Shown here piece by piece: positions 12,418 through 22,745 of a DNA stretch of 64,000 nt. The translations under genes were made by a program, and so were the position numbers. Positions within the stretch are counted from its first letter, which is position 1, and each line of letters opens with the position of its first letter. This stretch comes from Squalus acanthias (taxonomy: Eukaryota). The notes under the pieces are model-generated. The model saw only the letters and a program-made list of their open reading frames with translations. It made no database searches and had not been told where the DNA came from. Location of the stretch: positions 166,162,001-166,226,000 of the forward strand of contig CM059425.1 of the NCBI GenBank assembly GCA_030390025.1. Reading direction: 5' to 3'.

Positions 12418-13263
12418 GGGCTGTATCTTGCCAGCCCTGAGGAGGCGGGTAATGAGGCGGGACTGCCGGTAAAGTTGCAGAAAGTGGGGGCGGATGGCAA
12501 ACCTGCCCCCATCCCGCTTCTGTGCCCTTTTGCCAGGAGGCGGGAAGCCATCCTGACCCGGGCCCCGTCTCCTCGAGGCGGGAAAGGGATTAAATCCTTT
12601 TAACTGCCTGTTAACAGGTAGTTAATAGGCAGAAAAAAGGATTAGTCCCATTTTACCTTTTCAACTGCAGGCTTCCTGACCTCGGAGAACCCCGCCGGGT
12701 TGGAGGAGTCGAGTAGGAGGTCTGCAGGGGTCGGAGGGGTCTGAAAGTGAGATTGTAGAGGTGAGTGATGGGGGCAAGTGTGGAGTAGTAAGTATGTAAG
12801 GTGAGTGTAAAGTGTTAAAAAATGTTCACTTACATTTGTTTCTGCCTACAGCCTTCATCCGCTCTGGATCGGGAGTCCCAACATCTTCCTTGTAGATTTC
12901 ACAGACTGGCTGTTGGATCCTCTGAACCAACAGTCATCTGAAATCTACAAAGTAGAAAGGTTTGATGAGTCCTGAACACAAGAACTCACCAAACTACACA
13001 GAATGTCAGTGTTTGACAGCTTCACAGAGCTGTCAAACGCTGACATTTCATCTTTCAAGAAATCTTGACAGATGGCACGTCAGACGTTGACGTACTCTGT
13101 CAGTGACTTCCCCCTAATTGGCCGGCTGAGCCCACAGGGCGGGCTTAACAAGGTCAATCAGGGGAAAATCACGCTGGTTGGCCAGAAGATGATGGAGGCG
13201 GGACTGAGACCCGACAAGCAGCAGTCCCGCCTCCAACTCGTCTCCATTCACAAAATCCAGCCC
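12418..13263 (+). mobile_element. Non-autonomous Harbinger-type MITE, family A copy 1 (intron + hairpin array)
   Basis: TIR gggctgtatcttg / caaaatccagccc; GGAGGCGGG subterminal repeats; interrupts a CR1; homologous to 32460-34587 and 47228-49255. Confidence 0.85.
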
Positions 13264-13418
13264 AAGACTCCAGGGGAATCAAGGGATATGGAGATCGGGC
13301 AGGAAAGTGGAGTTGAGGTCGATGATCAGCCATGATCTTATTGAATGGCGGAGCAGGCTCGAGGGGCCGTATGGCCTACTCCTGCTCTTATTTCTTATGT
13401 TTCTTATGTTCTTATGTA

Positions 13419-13740
13419 CTGAGTGAGAGCAGCACTGCTGGAGGTGCTGCCTTTCAGATGAGATGTTAAACCAAGGACCCGACTGCCCTCTCAGGTGGAT
13501 GTAAAAGATTCCACTTTGAAGAAGAACAGAAGAGGTCTCCCGGTGTCCTGGTGAGCATTTATCCTTCAACTAACACCTAAAACAGATGATCTGGTTATAA
13601 TCACATTGCTGTTTGTGGGGCCTTGCTGTGTGTAAATTGGCTGCTACATTTCCTACATTACAACAGTACTTCTTCATTGGTTGTAAAACGCTTTGGAAGG
13701 TCCTGAGGTTGTGAAAGGTGCTGTGTAAATACAAGGCTTT
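13419..13740 (+). mobile_element. 3' part of the Deu-domain SINE
   Basis: cacattgctgtttgtggg...aaattggctgc...cctacattacaacag...gtcctgaggttgtgaaagg resembles the recalled AmnSINE1/SacSINE1 Deu domain and tail. Confidence 0.8.
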
Positions 13741-13908
13741 TTTTTATATAGTTACTAAATATTCTGAAATGTGAATAATCATACTGATACTATATTGACC
13801 AGCCATTCTTCTTGCTGTCCTGCTTTATACCTTTTCATATTAATTTATTTTGACCTGCCCTATAAAGATTCCAGACTGTGCTTTCCCACTGGAAATGAGG
13901 TCTGGCCA

Positions 13909-13940
13909 TTATAAATTATAAATTATAAATTATAAATTAT
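13909..13940. repeat. (TTATAAA)n short tandem repeat
   Basis: About 4.5 units visible. Confidence 0.85.
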
Positions 13941-13967
13941 GCTGACCATTTTACAACTGCAGCTCAA

Positions 13968-14124
13968 AGGGAAAAATACTGCGGATGCTGGAAATCTGAA
14001 ATATAAACAGGAAATGCTGGAAATACTCGGCAGGTCAGGCAGCATCTGTGGAGAGAGAAACAGCTTCTTTCTCCACAGATGCTGCCTGGCTTGTTGAGTA
14101 TTTCCAGCATTTTCTTTTTATATT
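13968..14124. mobile_element. Penelope-terminus-derived fold-back element
   Basis: aaatgctggaaatactc...gcagcatctgtggaga inverted against tctccacagatgctgc...gagtatttccagcattt; same sequence as the termini of the GIY-YIG elements at 47.5 and 58.7 kb. Confidence 0.8.
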
Positions 14125-14886
14125 GGCCCGAAAATTAGACCTAATACGCGAGAGTACGCACTGTGTACTCTCGCGTATTCTGTCTCCAATTGCCGGTTTC
14201 CTGCATGCACTGCGCATGCGCGGGAAACCGGCACTTCGTGAATTCAAAAGGGGGCGGTTCCTAAGTGAACCGCGTGCACGCTACAGGCTGCGCGCACGCA
14301 GTGCACTTAGTTATTTTTGCAGCTTTGAACGCGCAGGTAAGCATGGAAGATTTTACACATGAAGAAAGGAGGCGTAAGACCCTCTTTTAACAAGGTAAGT
14401 AGTTAATTAAGTATTTAAAAAAAATTTCAACAGGTTTATCTTTTTTAGAGACTTTAAAGAAAGGTAAGTTTATTTTTATAACTTTTAAAAAGATTTTAAA
14501 TTTTTTCAAAAATTTAATTTTTTGTTTAAAGTGGTTAATTTATTTAACTATACTTATTTTATTAATGTGATGGCTTTTTTTTTAAATTTAATTGAGGTTT
14601 AGCTGTTCTTTTGGGGGTGTGTAGGATTCATAGCTTTGACAGCCCTTGCTGTTAAAACTATGAATGAAAGATGGTGTGCTGCCATTGGCTCTAACTGAAT
14701 CACGTGATCCCAGAGCTCGCACGAACTAATTGCGTCTCTGGGTCACGCAAGCACTGCACAGCTGCATGTGGGACTGGCCTTGAAACTAAAGTTCGTGTGG
14801 GCCCGGAGGAAAAAGGTAGGCGCGGAGTGAGATATCGCGGGGAAGCCTTACCCCCGCGCGAACACTCACTGTTTAATTTCTGGGCC
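14125..14886. mobile_element. Harbinger-type MITE, family B (hairpin-rich)
   Basis: TIR ggcccgaaaatta / taatttctgggcc; 3-bp ATT duplication; no ORF. Confidence 0.8.
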
Positions 14887-15450
14887 ATTACCTCAGTAGC
14901 TGCCTGGTAAAGAATTATTCATCTATCCCAAAATAACTTTGGGGGCGATTTTCTCAACCCCGAGGAGGCGGGTTTGGAGGCGGGAAAGGGGGGAAAATCG
15001 GAAAAAATGAGTGCGGGTTCGGAACCCGCCTCCAATCCGCCTCCGCGCGATTTTGCCGGTGCCGGTTTTGCAGGGTGGGAAATGGTCCCGCCTCCAGCTG
15101 GCCAGAGAGGTTGTTAAGAGGCTTAAATGCTCATTAAGGGCCTCTCTAAGCCTATTTTGAGAGGCCCTCGTTATTTTGCGACCATTTCAGCGTGTTCCAC
15201 GATCCTCCTAAACCACGCCAGCTAAACCTGGTGGGTTGACACAGCTGCATTTCAAACATTAAATCAGAGATTTCATCAGGGATTAGTTGCAGGTGGTAGA
15301 ACTTTGCTTTAAAGGGTCTTTGAGCACTTTTAGCAGGCCTTCCAAAGTCGGAGGTGCTGCAGCTTGAATCTATCAACTGTGGGACCTCCTTGGAAGACCC
15401 TCTCCCCGTTTGCAATGAGCGCTTCCCCAATGGAGGCATCTGCAAGCAGC

Positions 15451-16685
15451 ATGGGAACCATTCATTTTCTTTCACCATGGACCTCAGATTCGGATGAGGA
15501 GCATCCACAGCAGCAGCAGAACCAGGCAGCACAGCAGCAACAGCAGCAGGAGCCCCAACCTCCTGCTCAGCCACCTGATGCTGCACAGGGCAGAAGGCGC
15601 CAGCGCATCGAGGCACCTCGCCGCAGGAGATACCCCTGACAGAGGGTTTATAGACCGAGGATGAGCTACCTCAACATGAGTGAGCAGCAGTGCCAAAGGA
15701 GGCTGAGACTTTCGCGAGAGGTTGTCCGAGAGATCTGCGGACTGCTGCAGCAAGACCTGGTATCCAGAGGTACGGGTGGACACCCCTTACCAGTGGCTGT
15801 CAAAGTCACCACCGCACTCAACTTCTTTGCCTCAGGCTCCTTCCAGGGATCATCAGCAGACATCAGCGGCATCTCCCAGTCGGGTGCCCACAGTTGCATC
15901 ACGCAGGTTACCGATGCCCTTTTCACTAAGGCTCACAATTACATCCAGTTCTCAAGGGATCAAGCAAGTATAACCGCCCGTTTGGTTGGCTTTGCAAATA
16001 TTGCAGGGCCTCATAGACTGCACACATGTGGCCCTTAGGGCACCCCATCACCCCATCTTTGTCAACCGAAAGGGCTACCACTCCCTCAATGTACAGCTGG
16101 TGTGTAACCACAAGAAGGAGTTCTTGCATGTTTGCGCCAAGTTCTGTGGTAGTTGCCATGACTCTTTCATCCTGTGGCACTCTAGTGTTCCTCCACTTTT
16201 CAATCTGCCAAACCAACTTAACGGATGGCTCCTTGGTGACAAAGGCTACCCCCTGAAGAAGTGGCTAATGACGCCGATCAGGAGGCCAGCTAACGAGGCT
16301 GAAGATCGCTACAACGCCAGCCACACTTCGACCAGGTTCATCATCGATATTGGGTTGTTGAAGATGCGCTTCCGATGCCTTGACCGATCAGGTGGAGCCC
16401 TGCAGTATACACCATACAGGGTCTCCAGAATGGTCGTGGTCTGCTGTGCACTGCACAACATCGCACAGCGTCGTGGCTTGCAGCTTTCTGATGAGCAAGT
16501 GGCTCAGTTCCAGGCCTCCTCAGATGAGGATGAGGAGGAGGAGAGGAGCTGGAGGAGGAGGAGGAGCAGGAGGAGGAGCAGGAGAGGACAGAGCGCCGGT
16601 CTATCGACCAGCAGCAGCAGCAGCATGCGAGCACATGGCTGCCCGTGATGCAAGGGATGAACTTATCCTGGCCAGATTTGCATAG
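15451..16685 (+). pseudogene. Harbinger transposase (stop at 15637, frameshift near 16000)
   Basis: [68 protein letters not shown]. Confidence 0.92.
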
Positions 16686-16854
16686 GTTGCCCAAGTTGGC
16701 ACATGTCCTTGGCTCCATCTTAAGACATCATAGACAATGGACATGATTCTCTGGCCTCCTTTCACTCTGGCCACTAACCTGACAATGCAAGTGTCGTGGA
16801 GCTCGCAATGTGGAGCTGCCTAAGGCGAAAGAACGCCAACATTTTGCCATCAAA

Positions 16855-17100
16855 TCATTTTAATGCTTTCCAACAGGGATGGCATTTCATCAATACACAT
16901 AAACATTCACCCAATCTGCACACAGATCTGGAGGTTATATCCCTTGCCAGCTGGACCCACACAGCCTTGGTTTCTTTGGGAGGCCTCTTCCTCCCAGATG
17001 AGGGGAAGAGCACCTCCCTGCTTGCTCTCAACCCCTCAACCAACATTTGCAGCGCCTCATCCGAGAACCTCGGGGAGGCCCTTGCCTTGGAATTGGACAT
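16855..17100 (-). pseudogene. 5' fragment of Harbinger Myb/SANT gene
   Basis: PRFSDEALQMLVEG...LFP...KAVWVQLA. Confidence 0.8.
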
Positions 17101-17464
17101 AGTGGTTTCTCAAAATATGTTGCAGGTGGTGCAGCATCGACAGAAATCCAGTGGAATGATCCAAGGCAGCAAGCAGCCCTTAAATCAGGCTGGAAAAGTG
17201 ATATCAGCAGAGGCGAGTTTCAGTCCCAAAACACTAATTGACCAACGGCATCCCACACCTCTGAAATCAAGTGGCCAATCAGGGGAAAATCGCAATTTTT
17301 TCAAAACTATCAGGGGAGGCAGGTTTCGAATCCACCCAAACCGACACCCGCCTCCAACCCGTCTCCAGTGAGAAAATCGCCCCCTCTGTGTCTAATATTA
17401 TCAATATGAATTGACCATTAAAAATGATGTAGTGGAGTACCGCCATGGCTCTGCTGATTAATGC

Positions 17465-17700
17465 AGTAAGTAGCTTAGCCATACAGACCAGGGAGGTCCT
17501 AGGCTCATCTCTGTCTGTGCTGAGTTAGATGATTTCAGTCAGGACAGCAGTTGGGGTATTACAATTGGCCTCAGTGCCCCTCAGTGAGGTAAGAAAAAAA
17601 TCAGACTGTGTTCCTGTTCCTTATTACTATCCAGTAACATTTTCCTGGAAAATGTGCTTATGTGGACTTTGGGTGAGGATAGGTTTTAGCTCCACTTGCT
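17465..17700 (+). mobile_element. Old SINE copy, AmnSINE2-like
   Basis: tctgtgctgagttag...acaattggcctcagtgcccc...tatccagt...gggtgaggatagg resembles the recalled consensus; not verified. Confidence 0.5.
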
Positions 17701-18322
17701 CTAAAGGTAAACACCGATTGTTAACACCATGCCAGAGTATCAACTTTGTACTGATTTTAGTGTATGTTTGACCAAACAATCTTTGCGATTTATTTATTAT
17801 ACTATATCGCAAATACAGTATTTTGATTATTATCAAGCATATCATTGACAATGCACAATATGAGTAATAGCAGCAGAATATTATGTATAAATAACTATTG
17901 TGTGTTGTTGTTATTAATTTAATTAAAAATTCTTGGAGAACTGATTCTTGCACTTTGTAACATTGAATGCAAAACTTGCAGCACATTGAAAGAAGCCTTG
18001 GGCTCTATCAAGTTAATTTTACTTTAAAAGTTTACTTTCCAAAAGTAAGTTTCCCATAAATGGTTTCTTTTGTTTTATAGTCTATAGCTGTTTGTATTTT
18101 TGATATATAAATAAATATATTTTCAATTTACAATTCACTCGTATGGTAAAATGTTGTATTTTGATTCATTCCTGTAGTGTGGTGTATGCGTTCGACAAGA
18201 TTCTCGTATTACTGTTGTCCCATTGAAGTCAGTTTGTCAAACAAACAAGGTACAATATTATTATTTCCCAGATAAAACAGAGTTTAACAAAATGTATATT
18301 ACAGGGCACATATGACCCTTAC

Positions 18323-18757
18323 CTTTTCTTGCCGATAGATGCACACAGGAGAGCTCAAACAACTTGAACTTTTAGCACCAGTATATTTAAGTGTAAATAC
18401 CGGCATATAAATACAGGAAGCATTGTGAACATATAATTGTTTGTGAGCAATCTGAAATTGACCAATCGCAAAAGCTTCAAAGTGTTGTTGTCTGAATTAA
18501 CTCTCCAAATTCATTATTGGATAGATAAAACTTGCAATCCTTTTGCCATTTTCAAAGTAATGCTTACCCTCTGTCATGCAACCTCGATTTAAAAATGGCC
18601 ATGGAGATGAATGCAGGAAAGTTTTAATCAAAACTGGCAAACCTCTTGAATATGGTATGTGCACCAACTGTACATATTGCGGTAGTCTTTCAAATGATAG
18701 GCTTTCATTAGGATCACAATGACTTCAGCTCACCAGGAGTCATAAGGATTGCCACCA
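18323..18757 (-). other. Two candidate exons (18757-18568, 18451-18323) of a minus-strand, probably non-coding transcript
   Basis: attacAG acceptor, G|GTAAGC donor, 116-nt intron, tttcAG acceptor, AAG|GTAAGG donor; non-repetitive sequence. Confidence 0.45.
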
Positions 18758-19049
18758 CTGTAATAATATAGAGCTTTTTGTCACACAATACTGGGTCCAA
18801 ATCTGTTTTAATTGATTTGTGGTTTCCTTAAAGATGAATTAACTTTTATGCTTGCAGGTTGCCCATTTTTAGTGCCACTCAGTTGGTTATGTTGTAAAAT
18901 TTCTCCCTCCCCCTCACCATTCCCAACTGTTTATCATAGAAACCACAGAACCATGGAATTTACTAGAGGAAATGTAAAAAAGATTTTGAAATGTGTTGCA
19001 TCGGTAAAGGACCTTCCCCTCATTACTTTTATAAAGTCATGATGTGGAG

Positions 19050-19550
19050 TACTTTTATAAAGACATTGAAGAAAGGCCTTCGAGAGGGTACAGAGGAGGT
19101 TTACCAGGATGATATAGGAATGAGGGACTTCAGTTATGTGGCAAGTTTGCAGAAACTGGGATTGTTCGCCTTAGAGCAGAGAAGTTTAAGGGAAGACCTA
19201 ATAGAGGTATTCAAAATTATGAGGGGTTTGGATAGAGCAAGTAGGGAGAAACAGTTTCTTCTGGCAAGTGGGTCGGTAACCAAAGGTTACAGATTTAAAA
19301 TAATTGGCAAAAGAACTAGAGGGAACAAGTTTTCATACAGAGGGTTGTTAAGATCTGGAACACATTACCTGAAAGAGTGATGGAATCAGATTCCATAGGA
19401 ACTTTCAAAAGGCAATTGGAAATGTACTTGAAGAGGACAAATTTGCAGGGTTATGGGGGAAAAGCTGGGGTGTGGGATTAAATTGGACAGCTTTCAAAGA
19501 GCCAGCACCCGCACTAGGGGCCGAATGGCCTCCTTCTGCCCTGTAAGATT
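19050..19550 (+). mobile_element. CR1/L3 3' fragment
   Basis: LGLFALEQRSLREDLIEVFKIMRG; 3' UTR gggccgaatggcctccttctg. Confidence 0.85.
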
Positions 19551-20519
19551 CTAAGGCTTGGATTTTTTGTTGTTATTTTCAATGGGCTGTACGCACGGTG
19601 TCGGTACAAATCAGCCACACCAATGGTGGATTTCTTAGCTGTCTTAAGCGCCTCACAGTGAAGGTAGAAGTGTCCAATCAACATTTCATGCAAGTACATT
19701 GACTGAATCGTGTTTTGAAATGCTCACCTCCAACTTTCCCCAGCTACAAAGGCACAATATACAGGGGCACAGACATATAAACGTATGCAAGATCTATATA
19801 AAAACAGCGTTCTTTACAGTTTATTTCATTAAATACGGTAACATTACTAATTATTTCAAACAGTCCTATTTTTTCCGAACGGACCACCGTATTACGCAAA
19901 GGGCCGATTCACAGTTGATCATCTTCCACTATATATTACAGTATTAACTAGCACTGTCAAAGATACAAGCACATAAACACTCTTGTTATACTAGGCTAGT
20001 ATAAGGATTCACCCTAAAAACGTGGACTACTGTACAACTCAAGATTACTTCTGGTACAGTTCAGGTTAACGTTCAGTCCAGAATTGGTTATAAAGATAAA
20101 GACTGCAAATAGATTGGACGTTCAAATCAAAATTATTGGACATAGAGTAGTCTTTCCTCCGGTCCTAATTTTACTGGTGATGTCGCCACTGTAATAACAG
20201 TATCGATTGAGAACAAGTGTACATTGATATTAAAATTGTACTATTTAGGCTCGTTGTACGTTTAATCTATCAAATTCCACCATTGTGAATGGACATTCCT
20301 GTCAGAGTGATTAAACAATATAAAGTACAATATATTATGATCAATTTTAGAGGTATAGAGTACGAAGATGAATCACTTTTCTGACGTTTATAACTCCAGT
20401 CATCCGTGTTCGTTGAAACTGAATTCGTGGAGCTTCATCGTGAATTTCAATATGCAAATATTCCAGTATAACAAAATGGGACAAAATATGTACCCAAGTG
20501 AGATGATCAAGAGTGTTTA

Positions 20520-21520
20520 CTTACAGAGTCGAGGGCGCTGTCGAACCTGCTGAATTTTGTCAAGTTGTGATAAAGCTGAAGGTGTGATTTGATTGATTGG
20601 TGCTCCACGTAAAAAAGATTTCGCAACGGCACATTAATGCGTAAAAAAGTTTGATGCACGAACCTGCGAAAGATGGCTAGAGTTTACTACCCATTGCCTT
20701 GGAAGGAGCCCTTTTGTCACCGGCGAATCACTGGCTTCATTCCGAGCACTGATCTTGTCCACGGGCGAGCGGGCGTCCTTGTCCCACGTTATGCTGTAGG
20801 TTTCCCCGGTGCTGAAATTGACGACTTACAACTAGAAACAATCAAGAGCTTTATAAAGCGCGCGTAACATTGCTGCCCTGAACCGCTCGGCGGCAGTTGG
20901 CACACCCGGGCCGAACAGCGGGAAGCGAAGGCTTCACTTTCCCGGGACACAGCCGTCCAGGTGGCAGATAGAAGGGGAGCCGAGCCGAGCCGGCAGCAGC
21001 TGCTGTGATTATTCCAACCGGACGAGATCGTATAGCGTCTAATGCTGGAGCTTGATTTTCGTGCAATATTAGTAAGAATTAGAGCAATTTAAAAAAAATC
21101 AATCTCTTTTATGTTAAAATTATAGCGTATTTGAGAACAAAATTTTTTTGCAAGCACGTCTTAAAACACACACACACTTTGGCTTGAATGACTGGACCGG
21201 AAAGAAACCTGCGGAGTTTCCTAATAATTTTCCAGTCAATTGTTTTCTTGTCCATATTTTGTGTCGAGCAGCCTTTTAAATCATCTGGAGTTCTTATTTA
21301 TGTTACAAGCGTCAGGTGACTCGGAAATCTATACCTAAACCCAAAACAGAAGTAACGGAAACCCGGAAAATAGTCAGAATTTCGTATTTATGTCGGAGTT
21401 ATTTTTGTCAGATGTTACAGTGGTTCTGCAGCAAGCGGTTCAGAGCACTGGTGCACTTTCTTCCCATCATACGCTGCTATAAGGCGGTTTCACATTTCAC
21501 TCGTGAAGCCGCCTGATTGA
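20520..21520. promoter_or_regulatory. CpG-rich non-repeat island, probable (possibly bidirectional) host promoter / first exons
   Basis: CpG density far above flanks; ATTGG at 20596, TATAAA at 20852, CGGAA ETS-type cores near 21198, 21322, 21356 and 21364; minus-strand donor GTAAGT at 20524. Confidence 0.55.
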
Positions 21521-21699
21521 GCTTTGACAATATGAAGAGAAGCCCCAACATATTAGATCTCGGCAATCGGTTCATACATCTTTGAGATTTATATTAAAAA
21601 ATTACAAATGTTGATCACGGCTCCTCCCTTGCAATAGTTCAGTGTAATTTAAACACACGATCAATTGTTACATTTCACGCCTTCTAATTTGCAAATAAA

Positions 21700-22105
21700 G
21701 TAAGAACATAAGAAATAGGAGCAGGAATAGGCCACTTGGCCCCTCGAGCTTGCTCCCCATTCAATAAGATCATGGCTGATCTTGGGCTCAAAGCCACTTC
21801 CAGCAGGCTCCCCATAACCCTTCACTCCCTTATCTTGCAAAAATTTGTCTATCTCCACTTAAATGTATTTAATGACCCAGCCTCCATAGCTCTCTGGGGC
21901 AGAGAATTCCACAGATTTACGACCCTCTGAGAGAAGAAATTCCTCCTCATCTCAGTTCTGAAACTATGCCCCTGAGTTCTAGATTCCCCCACGAGGGGAA
22001 ACATCCTCTCTGCATCTACCTTATTGAGCCCCCTCAGTACCTTATATGTTTCAATAAGATCACCTCTCATTCTTCTAAATTCCAATGAGTATAGGCCCAG
22101 CTTCA
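21700..22105 (-). mobile_element. CR1/L3 3' fragment
   Basis: LGLYSLEFRRMRGDLIETYK...QRVVNLWNSLP plus 3' UTR. Confidence 0.9.
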
Positions 22106-22529
22106 TCATTTCACAAAGCAACTCTCATTAAATATGTTTAAATAACATAGACCAGAGACTCAATTAATCCTGATCATCTTCACAACATGTTATAAAACTT
22201 CCATATCCGATTCAATATATATGCACGCCAAAATGCTATAGATATGATTAGATTGCTGCCGTGCTTTTGAAAGTCGTTGATATATATTTCAGGATGGGAG
22301 CACCTATTTGAATAAATCAAAGGACATCCACAAAACTGAAGATAATTGCCTATTGTTCAAAATCGCCAGTTCTAATCTTACATATCCCGATCAACCATCT
22401 TTTTGGCCAATTTAATCCAATCAAAATGAACTCATCTTTTATGTTCTTAATAAACAGAGCATATCATAATGGGCAATTAATGAGCATAACTGTGACCCTA
22501 AAGGAGCAGACTTTTAGTTATGGTAGTGG

Positions 22530-22745
22530 AAGGTAATCGTGGCAGCCAATTTGCACACCGCAAAGTCCCACAAGCAGCAATCTGATAAATGATCTGTTTT
22601 GATGGTGTTGGTTGAGGAACAAATGTTGGCCAAGACATCTGGAGCTCTCCCCTTTTTTGAGTAGTGCCAGGGAATTCTTTATGCCCAGCTAAACAAGTAG
22701 ACGGACCTGAGTTTAATATCTCATTCATAAAACATCACCTCAAAG
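22530..22745 (-). mobile_element. Decayed Deu-domain SINE
   Basis: gcagccaatttgcac...cccacaagcagcaat is the reverse complement of the Deu core seen at about 13600. Confidence 0.65.

Larger units (their letters stand above)
8781..13414 (+). mobile_element. CR1/L3 LINE 3' fragment split into 8781-8852, about 12100-12417 and 13264-13414
   Basis: ERDLGVL...; GLYSLEFRRMRGDLIETYKI...TQRVVNLWNSLP; 3' UTR with ttcttatg repeat tail. Confidence 0.88.
14941..17384. mobile_element. PIF/Harbinger transposon with transposase retained and Myb gene mostly deleted
   Basis: Perfect 16-bp TIR gggggcgattttctca; flanks ttt/tct; GGAGGCGGG subterminal repeats. Confidence 0.92.

Noticed and set aside
12890..13166. 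CRISPR-like array
   Set aside because: Hairpins differ in sequence; there is no repeat-spacer periodicity and the context is eukaryotic.
15451..16685. Domesticated HARBI1 gene
   Set aside because: Flanked by TIRs, has a stop and a frameshift, and the catalytic Glu region is deleted.
18452..18567. Intronic snoRNA
   Set aside because: No convincing C/D or H/ACA boxes found.
20596..20610. ER stress element (ATTGG...CCACG)
   Set aside because: Spacing is 4 nt, matching neither ERSE-II (1 nt) nor ERSE.
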